Assembly: GCA_030264375.1 (NCBI GenBank)
Contig: JASCQW010000112.1
Location: forward strand, 35,053,178-35,117,177
Length of the DNA stretch: 64,000 nt
Direction of reading: 5' to 3'
Origin: Carcharhinus longimanus
Taxonomy: Eukaryota
The position numbers and the translations under genes were made by a program. The notes beneath the pieces are model-generated. The model did no database searches. It had not been told where the DNA came from and saw only the letters and a program-made list of their open reading frames with translations. This document shows positions 24,811-38,359 of the stretch, one piece after another. How positions within the stretch are numbered: position 1 is the stretch's first letter; the number at the start of each line of letters is the position of its first letter.

Positions 24811-26244
24811 GGCAAAGGCCAAATACTGTTGATGCTGGAACCTTAAACAAAAACAGAAAGTGCTGGAGAAACTCAGCAGGTCTGACAGCATCTATGGAGG
24901 GGGAGTAGAGCCAACATTTTAGTCAGGATGACCCTGACTCACCAGTGTGAGGGGGCATGATGGTTATCCCCCTGTATCAAGGGATTTCAATTTCAGTATT
25001 TGAAGGGGCATTTCAGACATGTGACGTGGCTGATTGTGGAGTTGGAGGCACAGCAGTAGAGATTGGCAGAGTGGAATTGAGATGTTCAAAGTCTGTGCCT
25101 TGTTTTAGTGATAGCTCTGTGGATGTGCTGCTGGAGGGGCTTTAAGGGCCTTCAGGTCTGCAGCTGATCCCTGGAGTGATCCAGATGCATATGGGAGGTG
25201 TGTAGGTTGCCAGTTCCCAGCCTCCATCATGAAAATGGCTTCACATTCTGGAGGTGTCAGAAATGAAGCCTTCCAAGATTGTCAACTTCGGCACACGCCT
25301 ACACCTAGCACTGGCCCCACCAGCAACTGAAAAACCAGCCCTGGTATCTAGGGATTAATTCCCAACGTAAAACTAAGTTGGCAGGCAAGCTGTGTGGAAA
25401 CAGGAAGGGAACTACACTGTGCCACTGCACAATGGGTAGGTACAACGATGAACTGTCTCATAACAATACACCATCATCTTCATTATCGGAGCCTTGGTCC
25501 TTCATGTAGAAGGAAATACATTGTATGTACCTTCTACTTCATTAGTTCCTATTTGCAGCAAAGATTTGTCATGAAACACAAATACAATTTCCTCAAAAAA
25601 AGAGGAAGCCTTTTAAAAGTAACACCCACTCTCTGGTTGTAAATATGAAAGGAAGTGGCAGAAACAGGCTACTTGTAAATGTAATCCAGTTATTTATCAC
25701 AATGACTCAATAGCCATTGTACTTTACTCACAAGTCAACAGTAATTCCTGTGACGCTGTTAGCAAATGTAATAAAACAACACTGTCGAACTAAATGACGT
25801 ATTTCAATTTTATAAATAGTTATGAAATTTAACATGGAAGATATTGATTCCATTTATGAAGCAATTAGTTCACCAGTAATATTCCCATCTCAGATAATTA
25901 ACAATGTTCAGCAAGCAAAATTATAACCTCAATTCTCTATTGCTTCCTTGTATCTGTGGAATTGGGAAATACACACCCATTAGTGGGGTTTTGCCTGCCC
26001 AATTTGGAGCACACTTTCATCACCCTAGGACACATCGTTCTCACACAATTCTGAACGTTTAGGTGCATCTACCATTGTTAAAGAGGAATTATTTGCGCTT
26101 AATCAATTAAGACTGTACAGCTTAGTGACACAAAACATTGATAAGCTTCTCCATTGCTTGCCCAAGCCCTCATGACATTTGTTCACAGCTTCACCTGGAG
26201 CCCAGAGGGAAGACTCCCAGTCCTGAGTGATATCTCAGAGTCAG

Positions 26245-27181
26245 AGGCCCGATTCTACAATTCGGGCGCGAAACCTTGGTAAAGTCGGACATGAGGTGAT
26301 TAGCGCGATCCGCGCCTGCGTCCGTGCAGATGCCTGCTTTACCAAGGCCCGAAAATGGCTGCGTCCAAACTGCACCCGAATTGGGTGCAATGGTGATTTA
26401 AATGCATTGAATTAATGGGGTGCCCACCCAACTTTACCTGCATTTCCCCCTTTACCATCACGTTCGCATGTTCAGATTCGGTGTAAAACAAACATGTTCA
26501 GCAAAGGTCTGCTTTGGGCCCTCCAGCTTCTGCAGTGGTGAGCTCCGAGCTTCCAACAGCTCTCTGACTCAGATCGGTGCTGGGAGGGGGAGGGAGGTGG
26601 GTCAGATCATTCTCTGGCGATGGGGAGAAGGGAGGCCCGATCATTNNNNNNNNNNNNNNNNNNNNNNNNNNNNNNNNNNNNNNNNNNNNNNNNNNNNNNN
26701 NNNNNNNNNNNNNNNNNNNNNNNNNNNNNNNNNNNNNNNNNNNNNNNNNNNNNNNNNNNNNNNNNNNNNNNNNNNNNNNNNNNNNNNNNNNNNNNNNNNN
26801 NNNNNNNNNNNNNNNNNNNNNNNNNNNNNNNNNNNNNNNNNNNNNNNNNNNNNNNNGGATGGTGGATAAGGGGTACAGTTATGCTGTGGGGGTGGGGCAA
26901 TGTCTGTGGGGGCCAACGCTCCTGGGCTGCTTTATCCACTTTTTGCAGCTTGGAAGCGATGTGACAGGGGCGGATTTTTCCATTTTTTTTCTAAGCGCAT
27001 GCGTAGTTCAAAAATCCGATCGGAGCTGCAGCATTTCAGGCGTGCTAAGCCCCGCCCACCGCACGATTCAAATCCTCAATATTTTTTTCAGGCTAAGTGT
27101 GTATGGGGGCACCTGAGAGCAGTTTTCCAAGTCTCTGCACCCAGATTCAGCACTTAGAATCAAAATGGTAAAATCGGGCCT
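26245..27181. mobile_element. ~0.9-kb non-autonomous TIR element (PIF/Harbinger-like)
   Basis: TIRs AGGCCCGATT(C/T)TAC...GTAAAATCGGGCCT; second copy in opposite orientation at 39479-40578. Confidence 0.8.
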
Positions 27182-29249
27182 ATAGCAAAGGAAGAGGCCC
27201 TTTGGCCCATTGTGTCTGTGCTGGCCATCATACACCTGCATATTCTAATCCCATTTTCCCGCATTTGGTCCATAACCTTGTATGCTATGGCATTTCAAGT
27301 GCTCACCTAAATGTTTCTTCAATGTTGTGGGGGTTCCTGCCCTCTACCACCCTTTCAGGCAGAGAGTTCCAGATTCGACAACCGAGTCAGGCATTCCTTA
27401 TAGCTTCCACTCGATAATCCTGAGTCATGCCAGGTTATAATCTGCTACTTTGGGGCACTGACCATCATATTCCATTGTTCAAGAAGTTGCACAGAACACA
27501 CTAGATCCTTAGTTGATTTTGTCAACTGCACATATCACCGAAAAGAAACATTGCTAAATTTTCAGAACTGCATCGAAGACCATCCCAAAAAATGGATGAA
27601 GTCAGCAAATAAATATTTTTAACCTTTTCCTTCTAGCAATAATGCTAAGTTTATGCCCCTTTGACAGCTAATATAGCCATTATTCTTGCAACTCTCTTCT
27701 GAATTTCAGATACTTTCATTTGATGTTCCACTAAATTCTTCTGCTCCAATGATAACACTCCTAGTTTCCTACATCTCTACAATCTACACAATACCTTAAC
27801 CACGACACCAATATCATTTCTATATCGTCCAATGTTCTTTATAAAATGTTAATTAGGTATCTATCAATAGAGTGGATTCTGTATAAATGCAGGATCAAAG
27901 AGCTTGCTCTAAGCTGCCATTTTCACTCTCTCCTTTCATATGCATATTCAGATACGATTAAATGAGTGAGACACGTTAGAGGGATTCAGCTTTATCTGTA
28001 GTGAAACATCCTCCCTTGGGGCTGATGTTATGGTCGAAAGCAGGTTCAAGCTTAGCTATCAAAGTATTCCTGTGATTGCCCGAGAGGTGCTTCAGAAAGC
28101 AACCAAAACACTGGCTGTTTGCATCAAAAGACTATTCTGAGACAGTGGAGAAACCCTCCTATACAGTTTGGAGAAAAGCAGACAAAGGTGTGACTTTACA
28201 GAAAGGTATGGGTGATAATATACAGTACAGGAATGATGAATGTGAATTTAAGATAATCCATGGCTGCATAACGAAGGGAACAGATTCAAACTGGATAAAG
28301 ACAAATTTTGGGCTATTATGAACACTTCCTCACACAAAAAGTGTCATCAACACATAAAACAGATTCCTGTCCAGGTTAAAGCAGCAATATTATGGAACAA
28401 TTTAAGAAACAGTTAGGACTTGTGAATAAATGGATGTGACCTAAAGGGTCTTTCCGGGTGAATAATTTAAGATTGATCAAATGATTTTTCTTATCCATAC
28501 GGACATTATAAAGTAAAACAATGCTGTTTAAGACCATTCATTCTAAATTCTGAGATTAAAATACAGATGTATTTGTCGGGCTTATACGGATTTTAACTTT
28601 AGTAAAAAATTATCTTTGTTCAGCAGAATCACATTGTTGTATCTTTGGCATTAGAACTAAGATAGGCGGTGGACAATGGAACATAGGGTAATTGAGGCTG
28701 ATAAATATGGTCAGATGTGGTGGGCAGAGGTGGAAGGGTCCATGTGCAGAAGTGGGGGGGACCCATACGCAGAAGTGGGTGGTCTTTTGACTTCTGCCTC
28801 CAGCATCCAAGAACACTGTATAAAACAACAATAATGCAAATTCAGGCTGGAGGGCGGGTTGAATGGCCCTGAGGCCTAAAGGGAGTGAGCATTCCACCCA
28901 ATCAGTGCAGTTTTGGGTTGTCTTGCAAATGTGTACATTTTACACAGAACTGTAGCATTATTTAACAGGATCTAGTATCAGGCTTGGTATAAGGCAAGTG
29001 TGAATGTTTTAACTTTTTTTTTCAGACATGTCCATAGTCTATCTTGTTTCTTGACATTGATCATAGGTGGCATTCAATTTGAACATGAATACGCTTTCAA
29101 GATCTTAACAAAGAGGAGTTGGTTAGATACAAGATGTTTCCCTCCACAGATGGATGATTGAGGTTAGTGAGTGAGGGGAAAAGGATCAAACAGCCCTGTG
29201 ATTCAACGACTATTCTCTCTGGGCCCTCCTCTATGCTGTGTCCACCTGA

Positions 29250-29707
29250 TATAAGAACATAAGATCTAGGAGCAGGGGTTGGCCATCTGGCGCCTCAAGC
29301 CATTCAATAAGATCATGGCTTTTTGTGGCCTCAGCTCTACTTACCCATCTGCTCACCATAACCCTTAATTCCTTTACTGTTCAAAAATGTATCTATCCTT
29401 TCCATAAAAACATGCAATGAGGTGGCCTCAATTGCTTTACTACACAGGGAATTCTATAGATTCATAATCCTCTGGGTGAAGAAGCTCCTCCTCAACTCAG
29501 TGATAAATCTGCTCCCCCTTATTTTGTGGCCATGCCTCCTTGTTCTAATTTCACCTTCCAGTGGAAACAACCTCGCTGCTCTATCTTATCTATTCCCTTC
29601 ATAATCTTTTTTGTTTCTATAAGATCTCCCCTCAATCTTCTGAATTCTAATGAGTATAGTCCCTGTCTAGTCAATCTCTCCTCTTGCCAATTCTCTCAAC
29701 ACCCGAA
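29250..29707 (-). mobile_element. CR1/HER1 LINE 3' end
   Basis: ataagaacataaga tail; CR1 ORF2 remnants. Confidence 0.85.
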
Positions 29708-32700
29708 TCAGCAGCTAAAACCAGATAATGGGAAGTGGATCAGATGTGCAGCCTGGGTGGAGTTAGCAGCAGAGGTCAGCAGTGTAGGATTAGTTCATTG
29801 CACCTGGACACAATGACCTTCTGAGGTCAGCCAGGGTGAGTAAGTCCTCAGTATGCGTATTCCTGCACTCAGAAGCTGCAGGGTAACTTCAAAACACTGC
29901 GGGCTTCTGAGGTGATCGAAGGTCCAAATGCAGAAATATGCAGTTAAGGAGCCTGTACAGATGAGAAAGGCGTCAGCGTCTTGGCTACCAGGCATTGTCC
30001 TGATCATACATAGGGGAGGATGACCTCAACTAACCTAACAGTGTTTGTCACCTTCTTTTACACCTACTTTCAGGGAGAGAGCTCAGACTGGAGGTGGAAT
30101 GCCTGATCTTGAGATCCTAATGCTGCACAAGGAGGATATTCTCTTCACCTGGAACCTCTAAGGTGATAATGTGGAAGCGAGTTTGGAGGAAGATGTGGGT
30201 TTGGTGAGATAGTAAATTGCTGAAATGGGAGCAAAGGGGAAATTGAGCAAGTGGGAAGTGGATTCAATGAATGTCAGAATTCTTGCCCTGGTGTTAAAAG
30301 CCATGGCAGCTTCCTAGTGGAAAATGTCTGGTGTTGCTGCAAGTGAATAATGTTTGCCTTATGTCAGATCTCAAGAGCTGTTGAAATGTTTTTCCAGGCT
30401 AAAGCCCCTTTTCTTCTCTCTTGTGCAGGTGAAACCTCTTCCATGGAGCAACATGTCGATACTAGCTTGTCACTTCCTTCCGAGGATGAAGAAAAACTTT
30501 CAGGGGAAACACTGTCACATCCTCTCTCTGCCCCAAGCAGCAGAAAAAGGTACTGGCATCACTCTTGGGATTAGCATGTTGGGAGAGGGACAGGCACAAT
30601 CTGGTGAGTACACTTCACATTCACCATGCAGCTGCTGGAGAATGTGGTGGAGCAGGTCACGGGCAGTCAGAGGAGGCCTGTCAGAAGTGAATCCAGAGAC
30701 TGATTCTGAGTCAGATGATGGGCCCTGTCTGTAGGGCAGCAGATGTTAAATGTCCAGCGCGATGTGTGTGGAGATTTGGTAGACATGCCAGAAGGGCTGT
30801 CTGCTCTCTGCAGATGTCCACCTTGGTGATGTGTACTACAATCATTCACTCTTCCAAGTGCCAAGCTTCCTCCATGGACTGACTGGCGACTATCCTGGAG
30901 GAACAAACTGAACATAATGCAGATGTACTCATGGGTAAGCACCCTGACCTGTACATCACTTCCCTGGCTGTCAGCTCAGGGGCCCAATGCCAGGGCAACA
31001 GGGAGCAAGGACACTAAGCCAGCAGCTGGGACCTTGCTGGAAGGCAGGGAGGACCAAGTGGGCCTAGAGGCAGAGACTAAGCAGCTGCTGAAGCCATCTA
31101 GAAGTACCTCTCAGGCCGATGGAGTAACCTCTCCTCCATCCATCCATCATTAACATTCTCCTCATCTAGTGCTGATTCTAGCAACTGAAACTCCTGCTGC
31201 CAATCAGCAGGTCTTGTAATGTGCTGGAGTCCTCAAGGCCTCAACCACACAAAAGACGCTCAAAATCATCCAGGGCAAGTCATAGCAGCTCCACTGCGGC
31301 AGCAAATGAGGCAGAAGCACTGGATTGGAGCACTAGGAAACACTTCAAGAAAACTTCACAACGATCACCAAGCAGGTCACATGGGTGTGTGAAATCTGCT
31401 CATTAATAAGACGTCTCATAAATAAATGAACAGAACTTCACAGTGCATCAAGTGGAGATTATTTCAATATGTCATAGCTATTGAACTTCCTCTCAACCTC
31501 CAACATGAGCTTTATAATTGAGGGTGAGCAGGATGCTCTTATGTCAAGGACTGGACATGCTGAGTGTGTTGACAGGATGGTGACATGAATCAAACATTCC
31601 ATATGGAATGATGCTTGGACACATTCAGTGCATGCATTTTTGAAGCAGGGATTTCACAACCCATTGAAACCCCTCTCTTATCAAGGCATCACTTGTGTCA
31701 CAGTCACTATGTGATGACATCTAGGGTCTTGTATCCGAATGCCGGGGTGTTCCCTCACCTCGTCTTCACCCTCATCCTTAGATGAATGGCTGCCGTCTGC
31801 CCTTCTTCCTCAAGGGAACCTGCTCTCTGAATAGCGAGGTAATGGAGGGTGCAGCATAGAACATAAGAACATAAGAAATAGGAGCAGGAGTAGGCCATCT
31901 GGCCCTTCGAGCCTGCCCCGCCATTCAATANNNNNNNNNNNNNNNNNNNNNNNNNNNNNNNNNNNNNNNNNNNNNNNNNNNNNNNNNNNNNNNNNNNNNN
32001 NNNNNNNNNNNNNNNNNNNNNNNNNNNNNNNNNNNNNNNNNNNNNNNNNNNNNNNNNNNNNNNNNNNNNNNNNNNNNNNNNNNNNNNNNNNNNNNNNNNN
32101 NNNNNNNNNNNNNNNNNNNNNNNNNNNNNNNNNNNNNNNNNNNNNNNNNNNNNNNNNNNNNNNNNNNNNNNNNNNNNNNNNNNNNNNNNNNNNNNNNNNN
32201 NNNNNNNNNNNNNNNNNNNNNNNNNNNNNNNNNNNNNNNNNNNNNNNNNNNNNNNNNNNNNNNNNNNNNNNNNNNNNNNNNNNNNNNNNNNNNNNNNNNN
32301 NNNNNNNNNNNNNNNNNNNNNNNNNNNNNNNNNNNNNNNNNNNNNNNNNNNNNNNNNNNNNNNNNNNNNNNNNNNNNNNNNNNNNNNNNNNNNNNNNNNN
32401 NNNNNNNNNNNNNNNNNNNNNNNNNNNNNNNNNNNNNNNNNNNNNNNGGCATTGGTTGATAATCAATGCAATTGGACAAGATCTCCTCTGCCAGCATGTC
32501 ACAAAAAGATGTGACTGTATCTCTTGACTGCCTGAGACTCTTCTGACATCGTGTCTCGGACAACTGAAGATGTTTATATACTCGAGAGGCTGCTTCCACG
32601 CCTCCATTGCTGATTCATGATGGGCTTCATCATGTTTTTGGTTTGCCAGGCTCTGTCGCCCTCATGCACCACCACAGCATCCTGGGCCACTCGATGTTTC

Positions 32701-33219
32701 CTTCTTCCGCTCACTCTCCTCCTTTTCACCTCACTGGAGGATGTGTCTCCCACAGAGACAACTATTCCCACGTATGGCCTAGTTAGAAGGCTGTAGGACA
32801 ATTAAGGCCTCTAAATAAGCGAAGTTTGAAATGGAAACTTTTGTTTCTTGTATGAAGCATTATCAGCAGTCGCAGCATCCTGAACTGCTAAACTGAAACT
32901 CAGGGCTCAGCTCAATAAATTAAATCTGCCCTAACAAGCTGCTGATACAGAAAAACCGAGAAACCCACCTGGCACGAAACACAAGAGATATTTTGTTCAC
33001 ACCGTGTATTACTGCTGTTAATGGGGAGATTATTCAGCCTAATAATACTATTTAATAAAGTTTGAATAACAGACAACCTCCTGATTTCTAGCCCCACCTA
33101 TCTAACAAATTATCTGGACCAGACGTGTTGACATCAGAACATGACCCAATGTCATCGCACCTGGTGATACATTGGTGCAGGCATGTAATACTCTATTTTC
33201 ACAGAGTTTTATTCAGCCC
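29708..33219. mobile_element. Decayed autonomous-type PIF/Harbinger transposon (Myb/SANT gene on +, DDE nuclease gene on -), with a CR1 insertion at ~31857 running into the gap
   Basis: + strand AAWVELAAEVSSVGLVHCTWTQ (Myb/SANT trihelix-like). - strand RVYKHLQLSETRCQKSLRQSRDTVTSFCDMLAEEI (HARBI1-like N-terminus) and an ..MLH.. C-terminal remnant near 31850. attcagccc TIR-like end at 33211-33219. Confidence 0.65.
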
Positions 33220-33493
33220 AATGTCTGGGCAGCTGACTGAACCATGCTTAGATACAGATATATCTTCGGTCAAGTGCGTTAATTCACTACCTTTGTTAGT
33301 TACAGCTTGTGTGGAACGGCGGAGCTCAGAGTGTTTTACAAACTCTGCATATAAAAGTGTAAATACTAGTCCTGGTTTATTAATACTGGTAGATTTAGCA
33401 AGTGTTGTATTGCTTGTTTTTGTACCAAAGAGGGAGCATGGAGAATAGTCTGTAAAATTAAAAGATTAAAATTAGAAGATTACAAATGGGCTC

Positions 33494-33575
33494 ATATCCA
33501 ATGAGTTAGATGCTGTATCGAATATCCAGTGAGCTAGGTGCTGTATCGAATATCCAGTGAGCTAGGTGCTGTATC
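33494..33575. repeat. 28-bp minisatellite, ~2.9 copies
   Basis: atatccagtgagctaggtgctgtatcga units at 33494, 33522 and 33550. Confidence 0.9.
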
Positions 33576-34362
33576 AAGAGCTTTGGGTCAACTTTTTCAC
33601 AATATCATTATATCAGATAACGTGGTGCAAGGTCACACTTCAGCAAATGGGAAGTGCTCCTTCCTCAACAACAGAAATATCTGATGGAAGTCAAAAAATT
33701 AAGTGTTCAGTTTAATCAACAGTATTATAGCCAGGAACTAAGTGGCTTGTCAACAAATTACAAGCATTGTGTTAAGACTCACTGTGACTGATGTTTGGCA
33801 TAATATAATGAATAAAACATGTTTTGGGTTCGTACTCATTTATGTGTGGGGCAATTTCTTGTTTCCGTAGCTGTTTCTCAGGAAGTAAAAGCCAGTTTAT
33901 GAAAGTGCACTAATAGGATCATAAGCGCGACCGGTACGGGATTTTCTGCTCCTATTTTGGGGAGGATGAGGGTCTGGCAGAGGAGGGAGGAGAATCAAGC
34001 ACAAGTCCCAAAACTTGTACACCAGCAGGATTTCCCATTTAAATAAAGGTTTTCAAAGCTATAATTATGTGGGATAAACCTGCAGGTGCTTGCGGAATGT
34101 AACTTGCGGGAAATGGAAGAAGTGCAAAACAAACTCACCAAAGTCTCCATATTCAGAACAGCAGCTTCCAAACAGAAAGGCATCAGGATTCCCCCCTTTC
34201 AATTTTTCTGGCAATGTGTTTAAAAATACAGCGGGAAAACCCAGCAGTGCAGTTGGTGGGCTACCCTTCGTCTTTCCCGCCTGAGTTTACACTTTGCTAA
34301 ATGCCAAAAAATGGCACAAGTTTGCCCTTTATTTCTCACTATACTTGAGTGCTGTGGTAACT

Positions 34363-34538
34363 GGTCCAAAGATGTGTAGGTTAGGTTGATTGGCCATGCT
34401 AAATTGATCCTTTGTGCCAAGGGGATTAGCAGGGTAAATACGTGGGATTACAGAGATGGAGCCTGGGTGAGATTGTGTCGGTGCAGACTCAATGGGCCAA
34501 ATGGCCTTTTTCTGCACTGTAATGAATCTATGAATCTA
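34363..34538 (+). mobile_element. 5'-truncated HE1-type SINE
   Basis: V-domain plus tail. Confidence 0.85.
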
Positions 34539-34669
34539 AAACGTCAATTCTGATCTATCCACCTCAAACTGCATTCAATTGTCAAACAATGACTATAAAC
34601 TAATTACTAAATAAATATGATTTTTGCTGCACTATGCGCTGGGTTTTCATTTGGAAGCAAAAGTGAATT

Positions 34670-35193
34670 TTCATAGAATCATAGAATCCCTGCAGTGCAG
34701 AAGGAGACCATTTGGCCCATCAAGTCTGCACCAACCAGGATTCCACCCAGGCCTTATTCCTGTAACCCCGCATATTTACCTTGCTAATTCCCTGATACTA
34801 AGGGACAATTTAGCATGGCCAATCAACCTAACCCACTTACCTTTGGACTATGTGAGGAAACCGGAGCACCTGGAGNNNNNNNNNNNNNNNNNNNNNNNNN
34901 NNNNNNNNNNNNNNNNNNNNNNNNNNNNNNNNNNNNNNNNNNNNNNNNNNNNNNNNNNNNNNNNNNNNNNNNNNNCCCTCAAACCTATGCATCTCAGGCA
35001 ATTTTTAGCATGACCAATCAACCTCACTCACACATCTTTGGACTGTGGGAGGATACTAGAGCACCCGGAGGAAACCCACGCAAGACATGAGGAGAATGTG
35101 CAAACTCCACACAGATGGCGGCCCAAGCTGGGAATCGAACCTGGGTCCCTGGAGCTGTGAAGCAGCAGTGCTAACCGCTGTGCCACCGTGCCA
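34670..35193 (-). mobile_element. HE1-type SINE(s) spanning N gap
   Basis: V-domain present on both sides of the gap. Confidence 0.85.
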
Positions 35194-35789
35194 CTCACAG
35201 CCAAGATAACGTGGGAAGGTCGGAAGGTTGACCAAAGGCTTGGTTAACGAGATTGAATTTGCCCAACAGAGATAACATTTCGTTTTGAAAAACACTAAAA
35301 TTCTCCAGTAGAAAAATGGTGGTGAGGCCTAATCGAAAAAGGCTTTGAAAAGGGAAAGGTTGCATTCTTAGAACCCGTGACAAAAGTGGTGATTTTCTGT
35401 ACTAACACATCCGGAGAATAGTTATGCGAGCAAGCTGCTATGTCTATTTATATTTCAACAAATTCCACCAGTTTCACACATAAAACCTTTCTCCTTTAGC
35501 AGGGCGGTTAAACCACTAACGCAACACGTTCTCTCAACTTTCAGCACCAAATGAAGGACTTGTAATTAATTCATCAGATTGCCTCAAACCAGACACGCAG
35601 TCTGTTCCAACGGAAAATGTGACCTGCAATAAGTGAACCGCTTCTGAGAAATTTACAAGCATCCATCTGAGGGCGAGTTAGTCCACTTTAAAAATAACCT
35701 TAAACCCAGCATTTGTTTGGCAGGACAAGCCTGGCAATGGTTACCATGGCAAGAGTGTGACCAAAGCTGTTGATTAATGGGCAACATTA

Positions 35790-36115
35790 ATCATAGAATC
35801 ATCACAGTGCGGTGAAGGAGGAGGCCGTTCGGCCCATCGAGCCTGCACCCACAACAATCCCACCCCAGCCCTATCTCCGTTAATCAACACATTTACCCCT
35901 GCCAACTCCCCCTGACACTAAGGGGCAATTTAGCATGGCCAGTCAACCTAACCTGCACATTTTTGGACTGTGGGAGGGAATCGGAGCACCTGGAGGAAAC
36001 CCATGCAGACATGTGGAGAACATGCAAACTCCACACAGAGTGACCCAAGCTGGGAATTGAACTTGGGTCCCTAGAGCTGTGATGCAGCAATGCTAACCAC
36101 TGTGCCATCATGCTG
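35790..36115 (-). mobile_element. HE1-type V-SINE
   Basis: Full-length homology to other copies. Confidence 0.9.
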
Positions 36116-36577
36116 CACAAGTGGCCACATTTGGGTTTTTTTTGGCTGGAATCCAATTTCCTCCACAGTCTCAACACCACACCATTGTCCTCTGTCCTTT
36201 TTACAGGTTGGGAATGCCAATTGTGCAAAACACGCACACCCCTGCGGAAGTCTAGTTTCCCCTTTTAAATGGGGGTAAAAATCAGACTTCCTCCTGCATA
36301 CCATTCTCCTCTGGAGGTGAGAGTTTTGAAAGCCCATTAAAAGCACGCCAGTATTGAGAATCCATGAAGAAATGGAAAGCCCTGCTGAGCATTCTGGAAC
36401 ATTTTGAAAGGTAAGTGTAAAGTGTTTCCATACCTTCAAATGTCACTGTTAGGTACTACATTGTAATGTGGGTGTATTTTTAATACAGAGATTCATTATA
36501 GGGATCTGTAAAGGTAAGTTGACCTTTACATTGACTAGCCTTTTGTATTTGCTCACATGCATTTCAGTGCTGTTGCA

Positions 36578-36972
36578 CAGAATCATAGAATCCTACAGGG
36601 CAGAAGGAGGCCATTTGGCCCATCCAGTGTGCACTGACCACAATCTCATCCAGGCCCTATCCCCATAAAGTTTATTTTTAGTGTTACAAGTAGGCTTACA
36701 TTAACACTGCAATGAAGTTACTATGAAAATCCCCTCATCGCCACACTCCAGCATCTGCTCGGATACAATGAGGGAGAATTTAGCACAGCCAATGCACCTA
36801 ACCAGCATGTCTTTCAGACGGTGGGAGGAAACTGGGGCACCCGGATGAAACCCACACAGACCCAGGGAGAATGTGCAGACTCTGCACAGACAGTCACCCA
36901 AGCTGGGAATCGAACCTGGGTCTCTGGTGCTGTATGGCAGCAGTGCTAAACACTCTGACACCGTGTTACCCA
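36578..36972 (-). mobile_element. Type B SINE (36668-36972) joined to an HE1 tail fragment (36578-36667)
   Basis: Junction ccctatccccat|aaagtttattttta. Confidence 0.8.
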
Positions 36973-38359
36973 ACCACTGCGCGCAGGTTGTGTTTTCACC
37001 ACTCCCCCTCCCCCAAGCCCAAAGGATGATTCAGCTCCCCCCCCACCATCTTTATGTAAAAAACAGAGGGTGGGATTTCAGAGTATGCCATAATGTGAAA
37101 TATAGCCTGTGTAACATTATTTAGTGTGTCTCAGTTGGAGACTATACCAATGGATTTGGTATAACAATCACATAATTATTGGGAACTGAAGTCAATTATC
37201 TGGCTTGAAATATTTCAATGTAGATTAAATATATAGGTTAAAGGCAACAAAACCTAGAACTGGTTAATACAAATACATGACATGTTTTAATGACTATTCC
37301 CAATAGTTATTGTTTAGTTACCAGGCAGCTCCTAGCAACACACCTGAGTCAAGCTGTTCCTGCACAGAGGGACTGCACTGTCAAGTTGCAACTAGTAGGA
37401 GGTTAAAATTGATGATTTGATTTCATATAGTGTCATGCTGGCAGAGCAAAATGTTAAAAAGATCAAATGGAGTAACATCATGGTGCTTAGTAGAACCAAG
37501 ATGCCATGCCCCAAGATTATGAGGTACTGATCTTGGGGCATTTTCACAGGAGAAAGTGCTGAGTTGAAGCTGTTGGAAAGGTGGGAGGAGAAAAGGCAAG
37601 AGAAAGCGAGACACCTGGGGAACACTCATGTATCTTCTATCAGGAACTAAAGGAGCAGAACATCTTCTTACCTCATTTGGTAAATTGTTCAGAGAGCCCA
37701 GAGTAGGAGAGATACAAACACAGCACACAGCCAAACATACAAACATACCCACGCATCAGATGCATAGAACAAAGCAAATTTCGATTTAGAACTTTCCAGC
37801 CCCACCCTTACCATCATCTTAAATAGTATGGAACTTGCAATCAAAACATTTTTGGTGTGTCACATTAGAATTTGTTAGAAGCCAGAATTTATCTTGCTAA
37901 CTAATGAATATAATTTCTGAGTACGTAAGTCTTCAGACTATCCCCAAACCCTAAGCGATTGAACAATGAATGAATCAGCAATACAGGAATATTCAAATAG
38001 GAAATCAATATATTACATTCTGACTAGTGGCAATAATAGCTGTCAAATGCTGAGGTTTTATTCATCAGAAAAAAGGGATTGATGAAAATAAAAGAAGTTT
38101 TTGATAAACATAGTGGGGAAATAAAGGAGAAAAATGTGCAAAGTACATATAGAAGATACAAAGTGAAGGCAAAAGATTGGAAGGCCTGGAGGAAGCATAA
38201 AAAAGATATTAATTATTAGATCACGAGTCAAACAATAGTCAGAGGGCCAGAGACATTTGAAATAATCTAAGGACATCATGTACTTGAAAGTACAGGATTG
38301 ATGGAATGGTGCACATGTTTTTGTCCTTAGGTTTGGAAGGGAAGATAAAAGTAAATATT

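Noticed and set aside
33494-33575. CRISPR-like repeat
   Set aside because: No unique spacers, and the context is eukaryotic.
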